Assembly: GCA_051294375.1 (NCBI GenBank)
Contig: CM119264.1
Span: forward strand, 12,216,263 to 12,280,262
Direction of reading: 5' to 3'
DNA: 64,000 nt
Source: Paraspadella gotoi
Taxonomy: Eukaryota > Animalia > Chaetognatha
Shown piece after piece: positions 1 to 17,548 of the stretch (its first letter is position 1; every line of letters starts with the position of its first letter). The notes under the pieces are model-generated. The model did no database searches, was not told where the DNA came from, and saw only the letters and a list, made by a program, of their open reading frames with translations. A program made the translations under genes and the position numbers.

Positions 1-599
1 AAAATGATGCGCTCTTCTTTTTCTAAGGAGCTAAATATCTAACAAAAGAGCATGTTTCCGCGGAGAGAATACGGGAGGCCGTTTATTCAGGCGAGTCATT
101 TTCCATCTTGCTCCTAAATTTGATGTCCAACAAATTCACCTTGGATCGCGAGTGGCGGAGGAGCCCGGATCTCGATGCCTCTCCTCCATCATCATTCGGT
201 GTTGGATGTAAACGTCCAACGTGTCTTTCTCGACGACGTCTTTCGTCTTGTAGGACGGAAGAGCGTCTTGAATCACTTCGGCGAAGAGTTGCGCCTGTTG
301 AAAACGATTTTATTTTAAACGGTAGTCAATATCACATAAGCGTTCGTTACTTTGAAAATTCATCCACTCACGAATCTATTTGCGTTTCCCTCGATGGCCT
401 CCGCCAGATCGTCGTTACCATAGTCGACGATGTCTTGCAAATCGATGACGATCTCCACTTGCTCCCGGTGAGCCAACTTTACCATCTGGTCGTAGTACTT
501 AAAGTTTTTTCGACCTGTCCCATCGTCGGGAGAAGTGTACTCCTCCAGAAACTGACGGATCTTTTCTTTGTCGTCATCATAATCCCGACGACCCGACAT
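1..599 (-). CDS. MCM7: DNA replication licensing factor MCM7, 5' exons only; gene runs off the window start
   Basis: Exon 1 (ATG 599 to ~372) reads [60 protein letters not shown]. After a GT-AG intron, exon ~294-140 reads [37 protein letters not shown]. Both match the MCM7 N-terminus. Confidence 0.92.
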
Positions 600-787
600 T
601 TTCAAGATGGGACGCGATTAGTCAAACAACTTTGAAGAAAAAACAAGCAACGTAAAAGTAAACAATGACGAAAATAAAAAATATTGATCACAGTCAAGCT
701 TTATAAAATTTTATGGCGCCACCGTCCTCAAACTTTCAAAAAGATAATTGAAAATAACAGTTCTGGTTTCTTCATCAGCTCGTTTTT

Positions 788-3700
788 TCATTTAAAGAAC
801 GCGGAGAGTTTTCTTTGGCCTTCCACCAATGGAATTATCTTTCTCCGCGCCTTGGGTTTGTCTTTTTTCGCCAACTTGGGCGCTCTTGGGACGGGTTTGG
901 CTTTATCATCGTCAGGGACGAGGATCGAGTTTTTGTTTTCAAAATCGTCGTCGTCGTCTCTCGGTCGCTTGGCTCGCGAAGTCGTTTGCGTGTCGGCGCT
1001 TGCGGACTTCGTCGCTTCCCTCACCTCAGCCTCTTCAAACTTGGTTCGAGACATCATCAAGGTGGGCCCTTGTGCCGTCGCTGCCGGATCATTTTCGTCG
1101 TCCGCGAGGGGGGCGCAGGGCGGACTATCTGTCATGGCCCACGACCTCGCCGATTCGAACTTTCGGTTAAGCGGGTTACGTTCGCGAAGGACGGGGCTTT
1201 GATGCGACTGCGACGACAACTCTCGAGGCCGCTGGAGAGTTGGAGATTGCTCGACTTTGGGAGACTGAAATTGCGACCAGAGTGAAGGAAACCGAACCGG
1301 CGTCGCGGTCGACGAGTACGCGTCGTCGAGTATGCCACCTGTCGAGTTAAGCCATCAGTTGACTAGAGAACGAAAAGTGAATCCCAGAAAAAAAAATCAA
1401 TTACCCGCAGTCATAGTTTTATCGAATAAAGAAGCCCCAGCCTCTTCATCCATAATAAATTTCAAAAGTTCCTTCGTCTTCGATCCACAAACTCCTAGTT
1501 TTTTCTTCGTTTCATCGCCGCTCGATGGCAGCGATACATTTAAAATCGACTTATGCAGTTTAAAATGGCCGTGCTTGACAAGAATCATTTCCTAAACAAA
1601 CATTATCTAGAACATTACAAAAATCGAAAATTGTATTGTTCACATAAAATTTGCAAGTCGTTTCTTACTCTGATTTTCTTCGCAGCTTTCTCTACGCTGG
1701 TGATTCTTAATCGATTGTCGCGACTTTTGCAAATTGAATTTTTCAGAAGGTTAACGACTCTTATTAAACTTTTTTCAGGTTCCTTGTCTCCTTCTTCAAT
1801 TACGTTCTGACACTGAACATAAATTAATCAAGGAAACGGATAAGCTGACGTATTTCGAATCAGGACGTCGTTAAATTTGACAAACCTTTTCGATGAGATC
1901 AACGAGTTCGGAAAGACCCTTTACGTGAAGATTGAGAGGGCAATCAACTCCTGCTTGATAACCGTTTCCACCCAGCTTGATGCGAACAACAAATGAGCTT
2001 GCCGTCTGAAACATCGGCATGCCTTAAAAAAAAGGCGAAATACATAAACCAGTCTCCCGCGATCTTTTTAAGGGGACCCTATGATAAAAATGATATCATA
2101 AGCCTAAGGGTCTATTATCAAAGGAATTTGAATGGTGATAGTCATTTATTTTTCTTTGCACGGGAAAGTGGCAAAAAAATTCATATATCTTATTATAATG
2201 GAAACAAAATTTTATTAATTATAAAAAAAATATTTAGTTAATCTTACCTAAATATTTATATGATCTATTATTTTATTTTTGCATTAAAAAATATTTTTTA
2301 CTAAATTCCAAATTTTTATTTTCTATTGTACAAAGCTACAATTTTAGGTTTAAGCCTTATTAAACCAAGGCTTTACAGGACAAATATTTTTTTTATTTTT
2401 ATATTCACTTAAAAGCAGAAAAATCAAACCTAAATTCTATTCTTATAAAAACAAAACTATAATAACCATTAATTAATATTCATCCCTTAAACATATTATT
2501 AAGCTATATTGATTCCTAGTTATAACAATTAAAAATTTAATAAAAGTACAGAACCTTTTTTTTAATAATTACATTACTTCAGAGGGTTTTATTTTTATCC
2601 TATTAACAAAATCATTTAAAAAGAAAATTTAAATAAAATCAGTTGATACCTTAAATTTTGATTCATTCTTATTTTTTTTTTTTTATAAATTGTTGTGATA
2701 AAAGCTGAATATCTTTTTAAAATTCGATCTTACCCTTTTTAAGAAAAAAAATTTAAAATTTGAAAAATTTTTTTCTTACCGATTTTTTAGAGAAAATTAA
2801 GCTAGATGATTATATCGGGTTTTTTAACTACTTTCCCAAATGATTATAGAAGAAAGAATCATATGGTCAGAACCAGCTTAAGTTAAAGGGTCAAACTTAT
2901 ACTTTCAGCTTTTTAGCCCCCCTGGTAACTTGGTCCCCTTAAAGCCATATAAATTTTATCAATCATTATTCTAGTACTCGTTTATTTACCAAGTGAATTT
3001 TTTTTTCTTTTTCGACAGAGATTCCACTCACCTTTGCTCTCCGCCTCGTGTCTTAAGTCGGTAAAAGCGTTGTGGTCAAGACCACGAGAGGGCGTGTCGA
3101 TGCAGCGAGCTAGCGCGAGTTCGTCCCGTGAATTAAGGACGAGACGCAAATAGGCGAAAAATACGCGGCGCGAAAAGGATTCGGTAGAGGAAACGGGAGA
3201 GGCAAAAGAATGTTGGAGGGGGGAGCTGTGGGGAGAATTTCGGCGTAAAAACCGCTTTAATATAATCTTCCCAACGACTTTAAAAAAAATAAATTAGCTT
3301 ACTGCCTCAGTCGGGGCGACGATCTTTGCGGTGTAACATATTTGGGACGAGGATGACTCTCAGAACTTTCAAGAATCGATTTCGGTCTTCCCGGGGTCTT
3401 GGGCGTCCCTTCCAAGGTCGTTTTTCGGTTTCCCTCAGCGTCTACCGTCAGCGCCACTTTTTTTTTCCAATCGTCGGCGGACAAAGTCGCAGCCGTTCCG
3501 TCCTTATGATGCTCCAAGGACTCAGCACCGTCGACGAGGACTCGAAGAGCGGAGTTCCCGAATTCGGTTCCCATCAAATCGCCAATCGCCTCCGATTCTA
3601 TCACCACGCAGAGGCGGCGAAAAAGAGAATCGATATGGTCGTCATTGTTAGTCAGGCTCGAACGAACCAGAGACAGTATGCTAAAAACGTCGGCCATCTT

Positions 3701-4123
3701 GCATCTTTTAACAAAATCCTCGTAAAATTCAGAGACGGGGTCGGCGTCAACGGGTGTCTCACGCTCGGAAAGCTTCAATGCCAGTCGGCTATAAAAGGAG
3801 AGGGTGGGGGTGACGCGAAGGTCTTCGCTCTCAGATCGTTCCTGCGCCATCTTGAGGACCGTGAGGGAATCCTCTTTCGGAAGAATGGTCATCCAAGGAT
3901 ACTGAGGTTCGTGGGCCAACCGGGCCAAACGAACAAATAGCTGGCCGAGAGAAACGGTGACGAATTTAGTTGGGTCGTCTGTTTTAAATCCATTTGCGCG
4001 AAGAAGGTCATATTCGTCCTTCGCAGACGTTAAGTATACAAAAAGCTCATCCGGAGAGTTTTTAACCATTGGGTCAATGTAGCCAGCCTTTTCAAACAGA
4101 ACGAGTTTCTTAAACTTTCCCAT
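788..4123 (-). CDS. PARPBP: PCNA-interacting partner (PARI), multi-exon
   Basis: An exon at ~3030-3190, absent from the ORF track, translates SFSRRVFFAYLRLVLNSRDELALARCIDTPSRGLDHNAFTDLRHEA, the conserved PARI core. The last exon ends in a PIP box, GQRKLSAFFK*. First exon is ORF 3299-4123. Confidence 0.85.
2072..2938. mobile_element. TTAA-flanked non-autonomous DNA transposon (Kolobok-like) in a PARPBP intron
   Basis: TTAA(2068-2071)-GGGGACC ... GGTCCCC-TTAA(2939-2942). The 7-bp TIR encloses very AT-rich non-coding DNA that fills most of an unusually long intron. Confidence 0.5.
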
Positions 4124-4564
4124 TATCTAACATCGACTCCTATTTCAATATAAAAAGTGGTTCAAAATTATTTGAAATCTTAAATCGTTCGTTCCAGAAT
4201 ACTGGACGTAAAAAAGGCACAAAAATTGATTTAATTTACAGTAAAGACTATTAACGCGTCCGCGCAAGGCACGTGAGATGTAATTAGTAAAAATTACAAG
4301 GAATGTTATTGTTTCATAGTATCTCGCCCTTTTTTAATCTAAACATTAAAATTACTAAACTGTCTGACCAGATCCACCCCCCAAATTTGTTTCTTTATTT
4401 TTTTTTGGTTACGTATATATCAGATCTAAAGCTACGAACGACTGAGACCCTAACGATAATTCAGCTTAACTCCTATCACCTTGTTGCTAAAAATTGTTTT
4501 CGTAACTGCCCTAATCCAAAATCATGCAAGACTTGAAAAGCGCCAAGATGAGCTAATTAGCATC

Positions 4565-5262
<698 letters not shown>

Positions 5263-5698
5263 TCAGTTATTATTGAGAGATTAAAATTATTTCTCTTTCT
5301 CCCCTTTTAATTCTGCCAATAAATTGCCAAGTAGTGATCGTTGGAAGAATTGCAAAGTTTTTATTAAAGGATGTCAATAATTATGTGACATTAAAAATTA
5401 AAAAAAACAAAATTAGTAGTTTTTACTTTACAAATTAAATAGGCCGTATTCTAAACAATCTTGCATCTCAAAATTTGTAGGCTTGTCTTAAACCATTTAC
5501 TATATAGTCACAAAGTCACACATATCGTGGCTATTAAAATAGCCTTTGGTCTAGTTCGCAAAATAATTACTACTTTGTCAAATGGAGGGATACTGGAAAA
5601 GTCTAGAATGACGATTGGGCAAGATGAAGGAATGGAATCGGAAGCGGGATAGTATGTTGAATGGGGGATAGAGTTAAGAATAGCGATTTAGAAATGTT

Positions 5699-6204
5699 TT
5701 AAGAAGCTGGCGCTTCAGGGGTGAGGTTTATTCTCGGCAAAACCGGTAATATAAGATTGCCAAAGGAAGAGTCTTGCGGGACGAAAAAGCCGACGGAATT
5801 AGTGTTAGCCGCCTGAGGAAAACGGGACATTCAATGAGAAGTCTCATTACTGAGATTAGAAATTATATCTTTCATCAACCTGCAACGCTTCAGCGACCCT
5901 GGCGTTTCTCCTAGCATCGGTGGCGTCGAGACCATGTCCCATGAGCGCAGGAGTGCCAAGTCTTGAGTTCGTGCTAAAATAAATATGTTTTAAAATTACG
6001 AATCCGAAAAAATACGAAACATATTACTTGTACTGGTAATCGTCTGTTCCCTACTCACTTTAGAGGGTTAGCCATTAATGGAGGCACTGCGATTGACGCC
6101 GCAGATGTTGGAGCCCCGCCTCCACCTTGAGAAAGCAAGATCTGTTTGTGTTGCGCCAGCTCCTCCAGCAATCGTCTATTTTGTTTCTCTTGAGCAGACG
6201 ACAT
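5699..6204 (-). CDS. INIP: SOSS complex subunit C, 3 small exons, missed by the ORF track
   Basis: Exon 1 reads MSSAQEKQNRRLLEELAQHKQILLSQ. The last exon reads AANTNSVGFFVPQDSSFGNLILPVLPRINLTPEAPAS*, containing the SOSS-C signature QDS.FGNLILPVLPR. Confidence 0.92.
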
Positions 6205-6371
6205 CGTTAAATATCAGAAATTGTTAAAAGGTTCGGAGGTGTCCTTACACTTTTTTTCGTTTTTTTTACTGAAATTAAAACAAAGCACACAAATAATTGC
6301 GGGAATGGTTGCAAAAAATTTATACCATATTAACAAAAAAAACAAACCAAAAAAAATTTCAAAAAAGAATA

Positions 6372-7070
6372 GATCAGGGGAAAAAGTCAAGTAATTCCAT
6401 CCACGTGATGCGGCAACTCAATCACGGGACTTCGCAGACTTCCGCAAGGTTTGCCCTCTCACACGAGCAATCTCGGGAGAAGGCAGACAGTCTCTCAAAG
6501 AAGTGCTTTGACGTTTTGCCGAGGTCTAGACCTGTATTTGTTGATTGGAGTTTGGCGAAATCTTTATGGTTTGAGAGCGCAAAGGTGATGACAAGCAAAG
6601 GGATGAAACCAACATCGGTAAGTAGTTTGCCCTCGTACTGTTACATCAAAAACTATTGTGGTCTTGTTTCTGCATCTTTTCCACCAACGGAATCTGTGAA
6701 ATCTCCTGGCCGAGAGATATCATCCCTCAGATTTCTCTTCTTTGGCGGGCGCAAGGAGGGCTGCTGAAGCAGTCGAGACAATTGCATCCCGAAGGAGGTT
6801 GTGACGGCGAATTTTGTCTCCGGTAGAGGAGCAAGCGGAAATGGTGTGGTCTCCGTAAATGTTAGAGGGTCTGTCGCAGGAAAGGCAGGGACCAGGAGCT
6901 GGTATTTCACTGCCAAGATGAAGGATTTGGGTGGTAGGCGCAAGCCAAGAGCATAAGGGACGGCAGTGAGGAGGTCACCGGTTCTGGGCAGACAAACTGA
7001 TTGGAGAACGGCTCGAAAGCGCTCATCTCACCTTTGACGTATTCAGTTCTTACACTGAATCAGCACGTCA
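6372..7070. other. Unassigned GC-elevated, hairpin-rich segment; candidate structured ncRNA
   Basis: About 700 nt, clearly more GC-rich than the A/T flanks, with no recognisable protein. Stems include CGTGAT../..ATCACG (6404-6426), palindrome AGGTCTAGACCT (6522-6533) and TGACGT-ATTCAGT../..ACTGAAT-cagc-ACGTCA (7035-7070) followed by T5. Confidence 0.3.
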
Positions 7071-7088
7071 TTTTTATTTATGAAAAGA

Positions 7089-9665
7089 TTACGAGCAAAA
7101 ATACTTTTTTCCAGTCAAAAAAATTATCGAAGCGCGCCATCCGGCATGGACAAGCGCTTCGTTCGAGGGACAACGCTTAGTAGCAGAAAACAATTGAGCA
7201 CGAGGACAGAAATCGACGCCGAACAAATCCTGTGAAAAATCGTCCATATTGAGAGGCGTAGCCTGTTTAGGATAGATGTCCTGCATATCAGTAACGTTTA
7301 AATCCCAGTAAAGGAATTCTTTCAAAATTCCTTTGGTAAATTCAGAGTCGAAAACAAAGACGATTTTCGAGGGAAAAACTTTTCTCAAATCAGCAATGGC
7401 CGAGGCGAACCAACGTTTTTCTTTAGTTGGCAGAAAGATTATTTCCTCTTCAGTTCTAAGAATTATCATGTCCAATTCTCCCTCCTCAAACGCCAGTGAA
7501 GGAGTTAAGTGACAGCACAGAGCCACCGAACTGCCCATTCCTCGCAGTACGCGTCGAAAAAGTTTATGGCTTGCCCCGTCTTCCACGTAGATTTTTTGTA
7601 GGGAGTCCGAATGGTAGAGTTTCCCAAGACAACTGCAACTTTCCCGCATGGGAGAGACCGTTTCGTCAGTCGACATATCATGCTTAGCCGGAAAATTTTT
7701 TTTTAAAAAGGGCGAGAAATTAGTGCTTAGCCGATCGGTAATGTCCTTCAGGGCAAATGGCGATTCTTCACATTCCAACAAACTAATCAAATCGGAGTAT
7801 TCTACTTTACCGTTCGCAAACTCTTGAGTCAAGAGATCGATAGTTTTCGTTAAGTCCGGTTGGGTCATCTCATCAAAGTGAACTGAACCAAAATGACGAC
7901 GGAATTTTTTCACGAATGCCGCTATTCGAGGTTTGGAAAACGTGGTCGAATTTTTTCTTTTTTCTAAATAGTGATCAGGAAAAATTACAAGCTTTTTGAA
8001 GGAGTCTCTGATATCTATGTTCGATTTATTGAACAAATTTGAAACGAAATTAAGTATTTCCTGTGCCTTCTCTTCAGACATTACATTAAAAAATTTTGTC
8101 AGTTTTGAAACACGAGTATCAGGCCATAGGAAGAAATCCAAGACTATCATAGGATTGATGTCAAAGCAATCAAGCAGTATAGCCGCAGACAAATAACGGG
8201 AATGAACCGCATACGAGTGGATAAGACACCAAACAAAGTCTTCTTTCTCTATCAAAGGAATTTGTTTCACCATTTCACGTGAAACAGCCAATGTCTTCAA
8301 GGAAGAGCCTTCGCGGCGTAAATGACTAAGAATATGAAGAAAATGAGACCGCAACTTTTCACCAGGTTGCTTTCGTGATAAAGTCTTAATAATAAGTGGC
8401 AAAGACTCAACTGTTGCCCTTTTCATCAAATCATCGGCCAATTGGTCACGATTGCAAAGATGAAGCTCAATTTCTGCGATTAAAGAACTTTCGTAGGGGA
8501 CTCTCCGTGGCTCAAAATAGGAAAGCGTCTTTTTAGGAATAGAGTTTTCAATCGTTTCTCCCCTCTCAAGGGATCTCTTGGTTCCAAGAGATTTCCCTTC
8601 ACCAGACTCGTTCCAATCGGACAATGACGGAGTGCCGAGTCGATGCTCCTGATGCCACGATAATTTCAGTTTGTCATAATTATTTTTCACTTCTTCCCTT
8701 CTTTTCTTTTCCGCTTGGAGAAAACTTTCGTATTTGCTCCTTATGAACCGGGCCGATTCTCTCTCTTGCAGACCTTGATCAATAATTTCCTCGTGCTTGG
8801 TAATCAGCGTGCAAGTGAGAAACGGTCGGGGGTTTCCTACTTGAGGATCAGTCCTGCAGATCTGGATGAAGTCACCTTGGTCGACCCCGGCGTCGGAGCA
8901 AACTTCTTCTAAGCATATCAAAGATATGGCGGCTTTGGCGGCAGCGTAAGCGAGCTTCAGGGTCGTCATCCTGTGGAACAACGGCGCGTCCTTTTTTTTC
9001 TGGGTGCAGGTCCAATCGCAATTCCCGGTTTTAAACTTGGAAGCCGTGTCGATAGTAGCGTCGAGTCGGGCGCTGGCGAAACAGCCACGTAGGTCGACGC
9101 AGCCGAACTCTTCCTCCGATGAATTCCGCGATTCACAGCCCTGAATCGAGCGCAGCCAATCGAGAGTTTCTCGATCGCCAGCGGCCAAGAATCTCCGGTA
9201 TTTGACAGTGTTGAGGATCTCCACGTATTTGCAAGAATCGATGACGTCGTTGCCGAAACCGAAGCGCTTGAGAACGGCCACTATCTTTTCCTCGACGTTG
9301 AGGCCGACGAAAACGACCTTTGGATACGACAGGAGTTTGTTGAAGTGAATGGGGACCTTCGTGTCAATAAGAATTTTGTTTAACTGAAAGACGTAGCAGT
9401 GGCATTTGCCTTTGGTTCTCAGAAACAACTGGAGCACATCGAGGTCTCCTTCGAAGGCGATGCCGAAATATTTAAAGTCTTGGATTTCCTTGAGAGATTT
9501 AAGGATGGCGAAAGAGTATTGGTTTGCTTGGTAACTCGAGTCCGCGTAGGATATTTTGTCGTGTCCGAGTTCGAAGACATCGAGGCGCCTTTTCTCCGAG
9601 TCAAAGGTCGCGTCTTCGGCTTTTAACTTCATGTCGTCTCGCACTTTACTCCATAGAATCTCCAT
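7089..9665 (-). CDS. Intronless ~858-aa protein with two degenerate DEDDy 3'-5' exonuclease-like domains (WRN-exo/EXD3/Mut-7 type)
   Basis: N-domain: FGIAFEG..VLQLF..CYVFQL..LLSYPKVVFVGLNV..CDW..LAYAAAKAAISL. C-domain: IYVED..SSVALCCHLTP..DMIILRTEEEIIFL..MDDFSQDLFGVDFCPRAQLFSATKRCPSNEALVHAGWRASII. First ATG is at 9665, and a minus-strand AATAAA lies at 7073-7078 just after the stop. Confidence 0.7.
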   Translation of the reverse strand: MEILWSKVRDDMKLKAEDATFDSEKRRLDVFELGHDKISYADSSYQANQYSFAILKSLKEIQDFKYFGIAFEGDLDVLQLFLRTKGKCHCYVFQLNKILIDTKVPIHFNKLLSYPKVVFVGLNVEEKIVAVLKRFGFGNDVIDSCKYVEILNTVKYRRFLAAGDRETLDWLRSIQGCESRNSSEEEFGCVDLRGCFASARLDATIDTASKFKTGNCDWTCTQKKKDAPLFHRMTTLKLAYAAAKAAISLICLEEVCSDAGVDQGDFIQICRTDPQVGNPRPFLTCTLITKHEEIIDQGLQERESARFIRSKYESFLQAEKKRREEVKNNYDKLKLSWHQEHRLGTPSLSDWNESGEGKSLGTKRSLERGETIENSIPKKTLSYFEPRRVPYESSLIAEIELHLCNRDQLADDLMKRATVESLPLIIKTLSRKQPGEKLRSHFLHILSHLRREGSSLKTLAVSREMVKQIPLIEKEDFVWCLIHSYAVHSRYLSAAILLDCFDINPMIVLDFFLWPDTRVSKLTKFFNVMSEEKAQEILNFVSNLFNKSNIDIRDSFKKLVIFPDHYLEKRKNSTTFSKPRIAAFVKKFRRHFGSVHFDEMTQPDLTKTIDLLTQEFANGKVEYSDLISLLECEESPFALKDITDRLSTNFSPFLKKNFPAKHDMSTDETVSPMRESCSCLGKLYHSDSLQKIYVEDGASHKLFRRVLRGMGSSVALCCHLTPSLAFEEGELDMIILRTEEEIIFLPTKEKRWFASAIADLRKVFPSKIVFVFDSEFTKGILKEFLYWDLNVTDMQDIYPKQATPLNMDDFSQDLFGVDFCPRAQLFSATKRCPSNEALVHAGWRASIIFLTGKKYFCS

Positions 9666-10070
9666 TATTGTTTTTGATTTTTCACAAACCACGACCTTAA
9701 ACCGATCACTAATTCAAGTTCCTCTTTACATTAATACAAATATTTAGAAAAGCGGTATGTTATTTTTAAAAAAGAATGAAATATAATCGGTGCACTTGAT
9801 TAGAAATTTGAATAGAATAGACTACGTAGCACAGTTTACTTTAAACTGCCAAATTTTCTCCGTGTTGTTTCTTTTTGCAAAGTGACAACGAAAAAAAAGG
9901 AGTAGTCTTTGTTTATTTTGGAACTTTGTTCGGCGGGAGAGTCTGAATCAGAGGCCTTTCATCCGCATTCAAAATCGTCGAACAAAAGGCGGAGAGCGTA
10001 TGAGGCTGACGAATTCGCTCAATCATAACAGCTGTGCTGTCGCCTGTCAGAGACGCTTCTTAATGAAATA

Positions 10071-10729
10071 CAGAAGTCTTCATATTATAAAATGAGGTAC
10101 CCCTTGTTTGTGACCAGAATCTGTTCCCACCAAACTACCGGATCGAATTTCATTTTACATTTAGAGTTCTAATGACGATATAAATGGAACAATCGAGGCG
10201 AATTTTAATATTCAACCCCTGACAAGAGATACAGGGCCCTGGGGGGCCAAAAAAGGCAAATTTTTTTCCCCATTTTTAAAATTTTTTTAGTAGAATAGGG
10301 CTCATCGATGTCTTAAACATAAAAAAATATTTTTTAAAACTAAAATTAATAATTTTTTTTCCTAATTAATGGGTGTTTAAGATGCTAGGTTCATCGTTTT
10401 TCTCTCTATTTTCCCGAATTTCCTGACGAGAACCGCTGATGTTCATGAAGCTGAAACTTAAGGTAAACTAATATTTTTGTGGAATAAATACGTTTTTGTG
10501 GAAGAGTAAACGTCTGGGCAACTGTTCAAAACAAAAAAAATTTAAAAAATTGAAAATAATTTATGACCATTTTTTGCCCCTATGGGTGAGCCCTATCGCC
10601 TCGATTTCTAATTGTATTCATATCGGGATCGTTCATAACAAAGTTCATTAAAATCTATTCAATAGTTTTCTCGGAACTTGTTCTGGTCATAAAAAAGGGG
10701 TACCTCATTTTATAATATGAAGCCTTCTG
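10071..10729. mobile_element. Tc1/mariner-type MITE
   Basis: TA|CAGAAGTCTTCATATTATAAAATGAGGTACCCC ... GGGGTACCTCATTTTATAATATGAAGCCTTCTG|TA. The imperfect TIR is about 50 bp, with a TA target-site duplication and no transposase ORF. Confidence 0.85.
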
Positions 10730-11095
10730 TAGAATGTATGAGTGAAAATGTATGAAATCAAGGGTCAAGTAAAACGGAAAATACCTGGTTGTAATAAAAG
10801 TCATGACAAATCTCACTTATTCTAAAATCAGAATTAATACAAATAGCTGAATTAAAAAGATTTCTTATTGACTGTGAAGCTAGGAGAAACAGTACCAGAG
10901 TGAAAAAATACAATGAATACGTCTAATAAAATCGCCGCTAATTAATTTGAAAAAACGGAAAACTAACAAAAAATGGCACGGATTTAAATTTTCTGGGACG
11001 CCGAGATCGCCAGTCTTTTTTTATTTTGGCAGAATAACTGACTGAAAATATATAAGTTTGAGTGACAGTTAAAACTTTCCTCCAAAAAACTCCAC

Positions 11096-17497
<6,402 letters not shown>

Positions 17498-17548
17498 CGT
17501 GCGGTATTAGTAGTAAAATTTTATTAATGTTTTCTAAAAATAAAATCG

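Noticed and set aside
772-778. Other CTGATGA motifs (here, and near 17641, 39985 and 51238)
   Set aside because: None is followed by a stem II and GAAA, so they are not hammerheads.
108-1338. + strand ORFs 108-635, 684-1202 and 815-1285
   Set aside because: They are antisense to MCM7 and PARPBP exons and contain no recognisable motifs.
6372-7070. Telomerase RNA, RNase P/MRP or 7SK identity for the structured island
   Set aside because: There is no clean telomere template, no P4-forming conserved regions and no convincing 7SK motifs. Internal T runs on both strands also weaken a Pol III model.
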